DNA of 64,000 bases from an uncultured Candidatus Saccharibacteria bacterium (GCA_964597145.1 CAZQWH010000002.1:177232-241231); one strand, 5' to 3'. Positions 40,239-50,446 are shown, numbered from the stretch's first letter. The notes: generated by a model not told the origin, from the sequence alone. Made by a program: numbers and translations.

Positions 40239-41312
40239 CTATGGTTGAGCTAGAACCATGCCATACATGACTTGTCGAGCCCGCTGCGACCAATCTCCCG
40301 AGAAATTAACTCGCTTGCCGTTAATAGTCTGTCGAAGAGCCTCACTTGGGGTAACCTCTTCTCGAGCAAACATAAGGGCAGAGTCTTGGTCGGAGAAAAT
40401 GTATATCCCTCCAGACAAAGACAGTGTGACGCCCCTTGGCCGAGCAATTACCCAGTAGAAACTGGTCTGGCGTAACACTACTCTAATCACCGCTCGATGA
40501 GCAAAGTCTTGGACACCTCCCAAGCTCACGTTGAAACCGTTATGTTGCAGAGTCTGAACTAGCTCAGATTCATACTCTGGAGCTCGCTTCAATTGGTCGG
40601 CCTCAGGTAACGGTTGATCTCGGTTGGGTGGATCTTGATGAAAGACAATCTTTAAATCAGCTTTGATCTCGTCCCACCGCCATCCAACTACTCGTCGAGT
40701 GAATTGTTCCCACTCAACCTCAAGAATGTTCCGTAAAGCCCGCGGCTCCAATCGCTTACGCGCGCGCCGACCAACTGGCCAGGTAAAGGGAATCTCAATC
40801 GTACCATCGGTTACTACGTGACGGGCATAATCGGGGCCAAAAATACCTTTAACCAGTGGCAACTGCACGGTAGACTCCAGCTTGCTCTCCTCTCTCGGCT
40901 CCTCCACGGTAGATGAAGATGAAATCAGGGCGGACGCCGCCGCCGCGGTCGGTCGAGATGGCGGGTGTGCTGTAGTTGGATAAGCCCGATTAGCCAACCA
41001 TTGTCTAACCTGACGGTAGCTCAGTGTGTCAGTACCCACCAGAACTTGAGGGTAATAAACCTCTATACCAGTCATGGTCCGGGCTTTCAAGGGTATCGGC
41101 GCTACCTCATACCATGCCCCTTCCACTTCGAACCGCAAAACCTCAATCTGTTTGGATTCACCAATCTGCATGGCTGGCCCATGGACTATATCGGGCCAAA
41201 TTAACTTATAGCCCCCAGAGATCGTATCTTTGCCTGGTTGGCTAATGTAAAAGCCGTTGGGCCCACGCATGATAGTTCGAACCTGCCGCTTGACTTGACC
41301 AATCTTGGCCAT
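40239..41312 (-). CDS. Hypothetical protein (357 aa), Trp/Arg-rich, two domains joined by an Ala/Ser linker; a sampled 60-bp stretch is about 55% GC
   Basis: Long ORF with no motif recognised. Confidence 0.5.
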   Translation of the reverse strand: MAKIGQVKRQVRTIMRGPNGFYISQPGKDTISGGYKLIWPDIVHGPAMQIGESKQIEVLRFEVEGAWYEVAPIPLKARTMTGIEVYYPQVLVGTDTLSYRQVRQWLANRAYPTTAHPPSRPTAAAASALISSSSTVEEPREESKLESTVQLPLVKGIFGPDYARHVVTDGTIEIPFTWPVGRRARKRLEPRALRNILEVEWEQFTRRVVGWRWDEIKADLKIVFHQDPPNRDQPLPEADQLKRAPEYESELVQTLQHNGFNVSLGGVQDFAHRAVIRVVLRQTSFYWVIARPRGVTLSLSGGIYIFSDQDSALMFAREEVTPSEALRQTINGKRVNFSGDWSQRARQVMYGMVLAQP

Positions 41313-41470
41313 CCCAAATGCTCCTGGCTACAACATGAGTAACGAACACTTATATTATAGTGTGACTGTCAATTAATCGATCAATACGTAATGATACTTA
41401 GGCAATTTCATAAAATTGATGGTTGCATTATGGTGTATTATTTGATTATAGTTAATAATAATATGCTTGG

Positions 41471-42394
41471 TTGATTTTAATTATTATGCCGATGCAACAT
41501 GTTAAACAAACAATTAATCATGCTAGACATACTCGTCCAGCTTGGTATCACGAGTATCACCAATGGCCACATCATAAATCTCTCCATTGGGCCACGTTCA
41601 CTATTTCTTCGGCGGTCATTTTGCTGGGGTTAGTTAATGTTGCCTATCTAATGAATCAAAATCCACCCCTGCAAGTTGCCAACGGCGCCGAAACCATTAC
41701 GACTCAGGAATTAACCTCTTCCACCCTCTCTATCGGCAGCCAACCTACCGCCTCTCTCAGCACCGCAACCGTCAATTCAACTGCATCACAAAATACAACA
41801 GGTAATTTAGGTACCGTTACCATTACCGACGACCGTGGCTCTGGCGCTGGGTGGTCGACAACCGCAACGGCTTCGCATTTTACTGCAATTAATGCCGCGG
41901 TTATGACTTCGGGTGCTAATAATACAGTTACCTCGGGCGGAAGCTACGACAACGCCAGCGGTGGCATCTACACTATTACCATCGATGGAGCTGGAGACAC
42001 TGGTGTTGCAACCTTTACCGTAAGTGGGTTAGAGACCGCCAGCACAACAGTTACAGGCACCGACATAGCTATTGGCACCCATGGGGTGACTGCTACCTTT
42101 GCTTCAGCCAGTTATGAAGTTGGCGATCAATGGACTATCCGGGTAGATATTATTCCAGTCACCGGCTTAACCATGACTCCTTCTGTCGTCACCACCATAG
42201 CCGGATCATCAACCGGTGTCACAGCGGGCAGCCAACACACATTCTCAGATACCACCGATCCGACAACTATCATGTCTGCTTCCAGCAATAACGGAATGGG
42301 TTCCTACTCCAACAACCCAGCCTTAGAATTAATTATCCCTGCTAACTCGTACGCCAACACCTACTCTGCAACTATTATAGAAACAGTAAACTAA
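41471..42394 (+). CDS. Surface protein with signal-anchor, Ser/Thr-rich region and a WxL-like C-terminal domain
   Basis: N-terminal TM; TITDDRGSGAGWSTTATASHFTA resembles the first WxL motif region. Assignment is tentative. Confidence 0.35.
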   Translation: MILIIMPMQHVKQTINHARHTRPAWYHEYHQWPHHKSLHWATFTISSAVILLGLVNVAYLMNQNPPLQVANGAETITTQELTSSTLSIGSQPTASLSTATVNSTASQNTTGNLGTVTITDDRGSGAGWSTTATASHFTAINAAVMTSGANNTVTSGGSYDNASGGIYTITIDGAGDTGVATFTVSGLETASTTVTGTDIAIGTHGVTATFASASYEVGDQWTIRVDIIPVTGLTMTPSVVTTIAGSSTGVTAGSQHTFSDTTDPTTIMSASSNNGMGSYSNNPALELIIPANSYANTYSATIIETVN

Positions 42395-42396
42395 GC

Positions 42397-44007
42397 ATGG
42401 CTTCTTCATCTTCGATTCGTACATCGATCACTCTGGGTATAACCTTGGCCGTGACAATGGTGTCTGGATTAGCAATACAACCACCTTCAGCATCGGCTGC
42501 CGAAACTGGCCGTTTGGGTGCCCACCCAACCACGTTCGATGCGACTAACCCGTACTCTCGCTCCTGGTTTATCTACTCTTTGCCGGCAGGCCAAACTAAA
42601 ACCGACTCAGTCACGGTTGTCAATCAAACCGACAGTGCTATCAACGTTAAGTTATACCCAGTTGATGCGACAACCACCCAAGATGGCACCTTTGCTCTAA
42701 GAAATGAGAATGAGCCGCGAAAAGACGTGGGTGCCTGGGTTAAACTAGCTAAATCGGAAATAACTTTAGGGCCAAAGGATCGTCAGGAAGTAGCGTTTAC
42801 CATTACTATTCCCGAGCATGCCACCATTGGGGATCATGCTGGTGGAATAATTATTCAAGAGGCAAAGCCTACGCAAAAGCAGCACGATGGCATGCACGTC
42901 AATATCGTATCTCGACTCGGAGTGCGCATATATCAAACGGTTCCCGGCGACCAACAACTCGATTTATCCATTACTTCATTTGAACAGATTAAAAACCAGG
43001 ATGGTTCCCACTTTAGATTTACGTTGAGTAACAACGGTAATGTATTTTTGGATCCAGATGGAGAAATTGATATTAAAGATTTGTGGGGTAAGACTGTTGA
43101 AACCATTAGCTTAGATAATTTGGGCACGGTTGTTCCCGGCAAGCCACTTACTACTACTGTAGCATCCTCACTCTCACAGCCTTTCTTACAGCGATACCAG
43201 GCGACACTCCAAATAAACTATAGTCCGACCAAAGCCGCGAGCAAGCAAATCTCATTCTGGTGGGTAAACTGGCCACTCGTTACGCCGCTTGGGGCAATAC
43301 TAGTCTTAGCCGGTATTGGTGGCTTAGTCGTAGTCTTTAAGCGACGACAATCACTCCTAAAAGATGCCAATCTCGAACTCGTACCTAATGAGCATTCTGT
43401 AGGTCATTGGGTAGATTTAGCCCGGCAACAAAAAGTTGAACAGCTCATTAATCGCGATAAACATCAAGTATTGGTAGCCGACAAAGAGATTGACCGCGTA
43501 TTCTTAGCCCACCACATCCGACTCATTGTGGCCAGTATTCTCGTCGGAGCTATCGGCTTTAGCGTAGTGGTGGCCATATTTTTATATAACTTTTCCGTGG
43601 TGGTTATGGGTAAGAATACCCAGCCAAATCAAACTATAGCAAAGTCAGCTCCACCAACTCCAACAGCAACAGTCCAACCATCAGCAAGCCACTCGGCCAC
43701 ACCAAGCGCTACTCCTACTCCAAATATAACGCCCATACAGAAATCATCCATTGAAATAGCCGTTTTAAATGGTAGTGGCCGGCCAGGCATAGCCACCACA
43801 GCCGCCAACGCTATTAAAGCAGCCGGCTTTACAGTTACCACTATTGGCAACGACTTTAACGCAGGACTATCCGAAACAACCATTCGTTACCCCAAAGGCC
43901 AGCACCAAGCGGCCGAGCTACTATCTGATGCGTTGCAATCTCTCTACCCATCAGTATCCCTAACAGAAATCAAGGATAATGACCAATTCACTCTAATTGT
44001 GCTCTAA
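42397..44007 (+). CDS. Cell-surface protein: signal peptide, DUF916/DUF3324-like domains (CscC-like), two TM helices, Ser/Thr/Pro linker, C-terminal LytR_C-like domain
   Basis: SWFIYSLPAGQTKTDSVTVVNQTDSAINVKLYPVDA (DUF916-like); C-terminal IEIAVLNGSGRPGIATTAANAIKAAGFTV (LytR_C-like). Starts 3 bp after the WxL-like gene. Confidence 0.4.
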   Translation: MASSSSIRTSITLGITLAVTMVSGLAIQPPSASAAETGRLGAHPTTFDATNPYSRSWFIYSLPAGQTKTDSVTVVNQTDSAINVKLYPVDATTTQDGTFALRNENEPRKDVGAWVKLAKSEITLGPKDRQEVAFTITIPEHATIGDHAGGIIIQEAKPTQKQHDGMHVNIVSRLGVRIYQTVPGDQQLDLSITSFEQIKNQDGSHFRFTLSNNGNVFLDPDGEIDIKDLWGKTVETISLDNLGTVVPGKPLTTTVASSLSQPFLQRYQATLQINYSPTKAASKQISFWWVNWPLVTPLGAILVLAGIGGLVVVFKRRQSLLKDANLELVPNEHSVGHWVDLARQQKVEQLINRDKHQVLVADKEIDRVFLAHHIRLIVASILVGAIGFSVVVAIFLYNFSVVVMGKNTQPNQTIAKSAPPTPTATVQPSASHSATPSATPTPNITPIQKSSIEIAVLNGSGRPGIATTAANAIKAAGFTVTTIGNDFNAGLSETTIRYPKGQHQAAELLSDALQSLYPSVSLTEIKDNDQFTLIVL

Positions 44008-44063
44008 TCCGCACCCGCTGTTTTTAGTCTGTAAAAGTAGAGACCGTACACACCACCACCCAT

Positions 44064-45017
44064 TTAGGCAGATTCCAATTGCATTTCATGGGCAAATTCT
44101 CGTTGTTTTTGCCTGGCTTGGACTGCCAGGTCCTCATTTTGGGCTTCAAGTAAGGTAATTTGCTGCTCAATCCACCATGGCACTACCGTCCGGTATCGAA
44201 GAATAAGTGGCACCTGGACAATGCCCATGAACAACCCTGCAACCACATGCCAGTCCTTAAAAGATCGCCTCGCTAGCTTAACCAAGACATAAGCCACCTT
44301 GCGCCACGGTCGCCGCATAACCGCTACCTGCACCTGATTACGCGCGCTCAACCTTTGCCGCTGAGCCACATTGGTGCGCGGTGCTGGATAATGGCATCCT
44401 ACTATATCTTCACAGTAGGTTAACCCCCAACCGGCCGCGGCTAAATCTATACCCAATAATTCTTCTTCACCGCTAAAATAACTAGTCCTGTTATAGCCTT
44501 GAACTGCCATAAAGGCCTTTTTTCGTACCATAATTCCGCAACCTAAAAAGCCTAAAATAGCCGGTCCAGGCATTCGAGTATAGGGGGTTAATGGACTAAT
44601 CGACTGTAAAGCCGAAATTGGATCCAACATACGTTGGTTGTTAACCACTATCTTCCCTGCAATTAAACCTAGATCAGGATACTGTTCAAAGTAGGTTACC
44701 GCCTTAACCAATGCTCCTGGTTCCCACCACGAATCATCATCGCAAAAGGCGACATAGGGTGTAGTCGTACATTGCACCCCAAGGTTGCGCCCAATCGCAT
44801 AGTGGTTTTTAGACAATGGAAGTAGCGTAACTTCGGGGTAATATTTTTTTATCAAAGTAACGGTGCCGTCCGTAGAGTGGTTATCTACGACCAAAATAGG
44901 AAATTTCTCCGGCAATTGTCGAAGGTGCTGCAACGTGCGCACCAACGATTTGGCTCGATTTCGAGTTATAATCACGACACTAATACGCTTGGTTAGGTCA
45001 ATTTCTCCTTGGCTCAT
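44064..45017 (-). CDS. Family-2 glycosyltransferase
   Basis: VVIITRNRAKSL...VVDNHSTDGT...FCDDDS (DxD). Confidence 0.8.
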   Translation of the reverse strand: MSQGEIDLTKRISVVIITRNRAKSLVRTLQHLRQLPEKFPILVVDNHSTDGTVTLIKKYYPEVTLLPLSKNHYAIGRNLGVQCTTTPYVAFCDDDSWWEPGALVKAVTYFEQYPDLGLIAGKIVVNNQRMLDPISALQSISPLTPYTRMPGPAILGFLGCGIMVRKKAFMAVQGYNRTSYFSGEEELLGIDLAAAGWGLTYCEDIVGCHYPAPRTNVAQRQRLSARNQVQVAVMRRPWRKVAYVLVKLARRSFKDWHVVAGLFMGIVQVPLILRYRTVVPWWIEQQITLLEAQNEDLAVQARQKQREFAHEMQLESA

Positions 45018-45401
45018 GTCTAAAACCTTATATATAGTTGGATAATTTTTAGTATATAGTTATTGTATTGTTTTGTCTAATTATGGGTTTAGATTGTAGT
45101 ATAAAAATGGCTAACATGCGCCAAGAAGGCTGCTTGATAAAATATATCCATTATCAATCATTCTTGCTGCTATAGTGGCGAGAAAATTAACTTAGGTTAT
45201 AAAGAATTTGATACTAATGAGAGGCTCAGACACAGCAGTTAGATAGTAGTTAGGAGACAGGAGTTCGAAAGTATTACTCCCCCTCTCCTTCGACCTCCGA
45301 TCCCCTACCTCCAACTTCCCATCTCCAATCCAAAAGAGGTTCGTCCTTAGCCGATACTTTTAAACTTTGACCTTTCCCTTATAGGTTGTTACACTGAATG
45401 C

Positions 45402-46694
45402 ATGCCTGATCAATTCATTCAAAATTATGCTGCGTTAGCCACTAATGATCAACGGCAAGTAGTACTTCAGTTAATTGAGGCTGCTTACGATGCCATCCAA
45501 CCGCACAACGTCATTGACCGTTCCGTCCAACTAAAAGGCCAAGTCCTTCATTTAGACCAAAACACTTTTGATCTATCTCAGTTCAATCGCGTCTATTTAG
45601 TTGGTTTCGGCAAAGGATCAGCTGGAATTGCCGCCAAAATTGAGGCCATTTTAGGTGATCATTTAACCCAAGGCTGGGTAATAGATGCCAGTCAGACTCA
45701 GTTAAAAAAGATTGAGTTTACTCTCGGCACTCACCCCCTCCCCTCCCAGTCCAACCTCGATTTTACCCAAAAAGTAATTACCTCACTCTCCGATTTATCA
45801 GAAACCGACCTAGTAATCGTGTTAAGTTGCGGTGGAGGTTCGGCTATGTTTGAATACCCTGTATCGCTAAATCTGGAAGGGATTATTGGCGTCAATAAAG
45901 CCTTACTGCAATCAGGGGCAAATATTTCCGAAATGAACGCGGTACGTAAGCATGTATCCCGGGTCAAAGGGGGCGGGCTAGCTAAAGCTCTCTACCCTGC
46001 CACGATTGCCAACCTCCTATTCTCTGACGTGCCCGGCAACGATCTAGCGGTCATTGCTTCTGGACCAACAGTTAAAGATCCCAGCACTATCCAAGACGCG
46101 TTGGCTGTGCTACAAAAATACAATTTAGCCGATAAGGCTGGTTTATCAGAGTCAAATTTTACCGAAACCCCAAAAGAAGACAAGTACTTTGCGAATCTGC
46201 ATAATATTTTAATTTTAAGCAACCGCACAGCCTTGGCTGCCATGCAGAAAAAAGCAGCCAATCTAGGGTATACTGCCGAAATCTTTTCCGACAAGTTCCA
46301 AAGTCAAGCCAAAGATGCTGGCAAAGCATTGCTCGAGGCTACCCAGCCAAACACTATTTTAGTAGCTGGAGGCGAAACTACGGTCCGTATTACCGGAGAG
46401 GCCGGCCAAGGCGGACGTAATCAAGAAGTAGTTCTAGGTGCACTAACTCACCTAGAACCAGGACAAGTTATTTGCTCATTCGCTTCTGATGGTTGGGATA
46501 ATACGCCCGTTGCCGGGGCTATTGGTGACCAAGAAACGATAGCGAAAAGTAAGCACCAGCATCTCGACCCTCAAGCCGCGCTAGACCAGCATAGTAGTCT
46601 TGCATTTTTTACGGCTACAGCTGATACTATACAAACAGGCAGGCTAGCCTCAAACGTGGCTGACCTGTACATCGTACTGAAGGGTAAAGGGTAA
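45402..46694 (+). CDS. Glycerate kinase (MOFRL/GckA-TtuD family)
   Basis: VYLVGFGKGSAG, VVLSCGGGSAMFE, RKHVSRVKGGGLA motifs. Confidence 0.7.
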   Translation: MPDQFIQNYAALATNDQRQVVLQLIEAAYDAIQPHNVIDRSVQLKGQVLHLDQNTFDLSQFNRVYLVGFGKGSAGIAAKIEAILGDHLTQGWVIDASQTQLKKIEFTLGTHPLPSQSNLDFTQKVITSLSDLSETDLVIVLSCGGGSAMFEYPVSLNLEGIIGVNKALLQSGANISEMNAVRKHVSRVKGGGLAKALYPATIANLLFSDVPGNDLAVIASGPTVKDPSTIQDALAVLQKYNLADKAGLSESNFTETPKEDKYFANLHNILILSNRTALAAMQKKAANLGYTAEIFSDKFQSQAKDAGKALLEATQPNTILVAGGETTVRITGEAGQGGRNQEVVLGALTHLEPGQVICSFASDGWDNTPVAGAIGDQETIAKSKHQHLDPQAALDQHSSLAFFTATADTIQTGRLASNVADLYIVLKGKG

Positions 46695-46795
46695 AGCGCA
46701 AAGTACAAAACCATAGCCAAAAAGTTAAAGCTTTTAGACTTGAGTTTTGGTTTTGAGTTTTGCCTTTTAAACTTTAAGTTAAATTTTTACTGCCC

Positions 46796-47659
46796 ATGAT
46801 CGCCGAACTCTACGAAGATAAATTACAACACCTCAATCAAAAAGCCGTCGAAGCCCGAAAACTGGTAATTACAACCCTGCTCCAAGCTGGCTCTGGACAT
46901 TCGGCCGGGCCACTTGGCATGGCTGATATTTTCACTGCACTCTACTTCCATATACTCCAACACGATCCCAAGCATCCTAACTGGCCAGATCGCGATCGGC
47001 TTCTACTATCCAACGGCCATATTTGCCCCATCTTATATGTATCTATGGCCATGAGCGGCTATTTCCCAATTGAAGAGCTAAAAACGCTACGCAAACTCGA
47101 TTCACGCCTGCAAGGTCATCCTCACCGCACCATACTACCTGGGGTGGAAAACACATCTGGACCATTAGGCGAAGGCATTGCTCAATCAGTTGGCATTGCC
47201 TTAGCTGGCAAAATGGACCGGCGCAAGTACCATGTCTATTGTGTTGCTTCCGACGGCGAACATCAGGAAGGCAATACCTGGGAGGCTTTGCAGTTGGCAG
47301 CTAAATACAAGCTAGATAATCTAACGGTCATCATTGACCGCAACAACATCCAAATAGACGGCTCAACCGAAAGCGTATTACCACTTGAACCTTTTGCCGA
47401 AAAATACCAAGCATTTGGCTGGGAAGTTTTAGATATTGACGGACATAATATGGAAGCAATTATAGACGCCTGCCGCCATGCTCAATCTATCACCGAAAAA
47501 CCGACCGTCATTATTGCCCATACCATCCCTGGTAAAGGAGTCGATTTTATGGAGCGCGACTATACCTGGCATGGTAAACCACCCAACCAAGAACAAGCCA
47601 AAGAAGCCCTAAAACAACTTCGCACCTTGAAAGGTAGAATTACTAGCGAAAGCGAGTAA
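46796..47659 (+). CDS. Transketolase, N-terminal (thiamine-diphosphate-binding) subunit
   Basis: GHSAGPLGMADIF...DRDRLLLSNGH...GPLGEGIAQSVGIA. Confidence 0.85.
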   Translation: MIAELYEDKLQHLNQKAVEARKLVITTLLQAGSGHSAGPLGMADIFTALYFHILQHDPKHPNWPDRDRLLLSNGHICPILYVSMAMSGYFPIEELKTLRKLDSRLQGHPHRTILPGVENTSGPLGEGIAQSVGIALAGKMDRRKYHVYCVASDGEHQEGNTWEALQLAAKYKLDNLTVIIDRNNIQIDGSTESVLPLEPFAEKYQAFGWEVLDIDGHNMEAIIDACRHAQSITEKPTVIIAHTIPGKGVDFMERDYTWHGKPPNQEQAKEALKQLRTLKGRITSESE

Positions 47660-47732
47660 AGAGGTTACAGCTGCCAGGTTTCTGGTTACAGCCTCTGATA
47701 CTTGACACCTGAAACCTAAAACCTAAAGCATT

Positions 47733-48728
47733 ATGTTAAATCCAGACTTACACTTAAACCAACACCTTTTTGATAAACAGGCCGAGGCCGCGCCTACTCG
47801 CAATGGGTATGGTGAAGGATTAATGGCCCTAGCTGAGTCACATCCAGAGGTGGTAGCCCTGAGCGCTGACTTAACCGAGTCAACTCGGACCGAGGCTTTT
47901 GCCAAAGCCTACCCGGATCGATTTGTTCAAGTAGGTGTAGCCGAGCAAAATATGGCCGCCGTAGCTGCTGGCCTAGCCGTCAGTGGCAAAATCCCGTTTA
48001 TTGCCTCGTATGCCACTTTTTCCCCTGGTAAAAACTGGGAAACAATCCGTACGACGGCCGTGTATAACCAAGCCAACGTCAAAATTGCCGGCCATCACTC
48101 TGGTATCATGACTGGTCCCGATGGGGCTACCCACCAGGCCACCGAAGATATCGCCATTACCCGGTGCTGGCCAGATATCACCATTTTTGTGCCCTGCGAC
48201 AGCCTGGAGGCCCAAAAAGCCACTATCGCCGCCGCCAACACAAACGGCCCGGTTTACCTACGTTTTAGCCGCGATAAAACACCAATAATGACCACCACTA
48301 AAACACCCTTTACGCCCGGTGACGTCCAAGCCTTCTGGCTCGACGATCAACCAGAGGTCACCATTTTTGCCTGTGGGTATATGCTCCACTATGCCTTGCT
48401 TGCAGCCAAAGGCCTAGAAGCCCTAAATATTAAAGTGCTCGTTGCCAATATTCCAACTATAAAGCCAGTCAACATCAAACAAGTAGTCGAATTTGCCAGC
48501 CGATCAGGCGCAGTAGTTACAGTGGAAGATCATCAGGTAATGGGCGGCTTGGGCGGCATGATAGCCGAAACACTCAGTCAACACCAGCCAATGCCTATCG
48601 AATTTATTGGTCTACAAAACACCTTTGCCGAATCGGGAGACCCAGCCGCGCTAGTCGAGAAGTATGGTATGGGAACCTCAAGTATTCAACAGGCTGTCAA
48701 ACGGGCCATGAAACGCAAGAAGGAGTAA
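47733..48728 (+). CDS. Transketolase, C-terminal (pyrimidine-binding plus C-terminal domain) subunit
   Basis: GVAEQNMAAVAAGLA...; split-tkt arrangement. Confidence 0.85.
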   Translation: MLNPDLHLNQHLFDKQAEAAPTRNGYGEGLMALAESHPEVVALSADLTESTRTEAFAKAYPDRFVQVGVAEQNMAAVAAGLAVSGKIPFIASYATFSPGKNWETIRTTAVYNQANVKIAGHHSGIMTGPDGATHQATEDIAITRCWPDITIFVPCDSLEAQKATIAAANTNGPVYLRFSRDKTPIMTTTKTPFTPGDVQAFWLDDQPEVTIFACGYMLHYALLAAKGLEALNIKVLVANIPTIKPVNIKQVVEFASRSGAVVTVEDHQVMGGLGGMIAETLSQHQPMPIEFIGLQNTFAESGDPAALVEKYGMGTSSIQQAVKRAMKRKKE

Positions 48729-48732
48729 CCGA

Positions 48733-50394
48733 ATGGATCAAGTATTAATCGATGAGCTAAAAACAATAGTCAAAGGGTCGGTCTTAACCGATGAATCGAA
48801 TCTTAAAACCTACAGTCATGATGCCAGCCTATTTGAAGTTACTCCCCAGGTCGTGGTTTGTCCCGAAGACGAAGAGGATGTCAAAGCTTTAGTCCGTTTC
48901 GTGGCTAAGCACAAACCAGATCATCCGGATTTATCTCTTACCGGCCGGGCAGCCGGTACCGACATGAGCGGAGGCTCCGTTAACGATTCAATTCTGGTAT
49001 CGTTTACCCAACATTTTAATAAAAAGCCAGAGATCGACGTGAAAAATAAAACAGCCACTTTCCAACCCGGCATGTATTATCGTGATTTTGAGAAGGCTAC
49101 ATTAAAGCATGATCTAATCTTCCCTTCATACCCCGCTTCTCGCGAGCTATGTGCCATGGGCGGCATCGTTAATAACAACTCGGGTGGAGAAAAATCGCTT
49201 AAATACGGTAAAACGGAGCGTTATATCACCGAGGTTACCTTAATCCTCCGGGATGGGAATGAATATACCTTTGGTGAAATTACTGAGTCTGAGCTTGAGA
49301 AAAAAATGAAGCAAAAAGACCTTGAGGGTGAAGTGTACCGGGAAATGTACGCCCTGATTAGTAAAAATTATGACAAAATCATGGCCGCCAAGCCCACCGT
49401 CAACAAAAACTCAGCTGGCTACTTTTTGTGGAACGTCTGGGATAAAGACAAGAAAACATTCAATCTGGCTCAAGTGATTATCGGATCTCAGGGCACCTTC
49501 GGCTTAATGACCAAAGCTACAACCCGGCTAGTTCCTACTACTTCGCACCATCACATGATGGTAATATTTCTCTATGATCTCAAAAACCTGGGCAAAATCA
49601 TTGAAACCGGCCTAGCCTTGGAGCCAGAAAGTTTTGAGGCGTACGACGATAATACTCTAAAACTAGCCCTCAAGTTCTTCCCCGAGTTTGCCAAATTAAT
49701 GGGGGCCAAAGGCTTTATAGACACAGGCTTTAAGTTTATACCCGAATTTCTCCTGGTTGCCCGCAAACATCGATTGCCTAAGATGGTCTTACAAATTGAA
49801 TTCACTGGCGATGACGAGCCAGCCATAGACGGTAAAATGGCAGAACTAGAATCACGGCTTCGTCCGCTTAACGAAACTATGCGCACCGCTATTGATGACG
49901 AAGGGTTAAAGTACTGGCTCATTCGCCGGGATAGTTTTAGTCTGTTACGCAAGAAAGTGCATAACCTACATACCGCTCCTTTTGTCGACGATTTCTCTAT
50001 TCCTCCACAGTATCTGGGTGAATTTTTGCCCAAGGTTAACAAAATGTTTAAAAAGTACCCCCACTGGATCTACACCATTGCTGGTCATGTCGGTGATGGT
50101 AACTTTCACATCATTCCCTTAATGAAAATTGAAGAAGAGCGCAATCGCAAAGCCATCCCTATCTTGAGTAAGAAGATTTATGACTTAGTGCTTAAATATG
50201 GCGGAACCATTGATAGCGAACATAACGACGGCTTAATTCGAACACCCTATTTGGAACAGCAATATGGCAAAGATATCGTCAAACTCTTCGAACAGACCAA
50301 GGATATTTTTGATCCCCAAAATATCTTTAACCCCCGCAAAAAGGTCCGCTCCAGCCTAGACTATGCCATGAGTAAAATTCGAACTAGCTGGTAG
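48733..50394 (+). CDS. FAD-linked oxidase (GlcD/D-lactate dehydrogenase-like, FAD_binding_4 plus C-terminal domain)
   Basis: PQVVVCPEDEEDVKALVRFV...LTGRAAGTDMSGGSV. Confidence 0.7.
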   Translation: MDQVLIDELKTIVKGSVLTDESNLKTYSHDASLFEVTPQVVVCPEDEEDVKALVRFVAKHKPDHPDLSLTGRAAGTDMSGGSVNDSILVSFTQHFNKKPEIDVKNKTATFQPGMYYRDFEKATLKHDLIFPSYPASRELCAMGGIVNNNSGGEKSLKYGKTERYITEVTLILRDGNEYTFGEITESELEKKMKQKDLEGEVYREMYALISKNYDKIMAAKPTVNKNSAGYFLWNVWDKDKKTFNLAQVIIGSQGTFGLMTKATTRLVPTTSHHHMMVIFLYDLKNLGKIIETGLALEPESFEAYDDNTLKLALKFFPEFAKLMGAKGFIDTGFKFIPEFLLVARKHRLPKMVLQIEFTGDDEPAIDGKMAELESRLRPLNETMRTAIDDEGLKYWLIRRDSFSLLRKKVHNLHTAPFVDDFSIPPQYLGEFLPKVNKMFKKYPHWIYTIAGHVGDGNFHIIPLMKIEEERNRKAIPILSKKIYDLVLKYGGTIDSEHNDGLIRTPYLEQQYGKDIVKLFEQTKDIFDPQNIFNPRKKVRSSLDYAMSKIRTSW

Positions 50395-50446
50395 GCATAA
50401 GCACAGATTTGGCCACTCAAAGTCTATAGATGTAAATTAACAGTAG

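Noticed and set aside
32700-45400. Whole accessory stretch considered as a prophage or integrative conjugative element
   Set aside because: No integrase, terminase, capsid, portal, relaxase or coupling-protein motifs were recognised. Only the small Y1-transposase unit is mobile-element-like, so I describe it as a mosaic accessory region instead.
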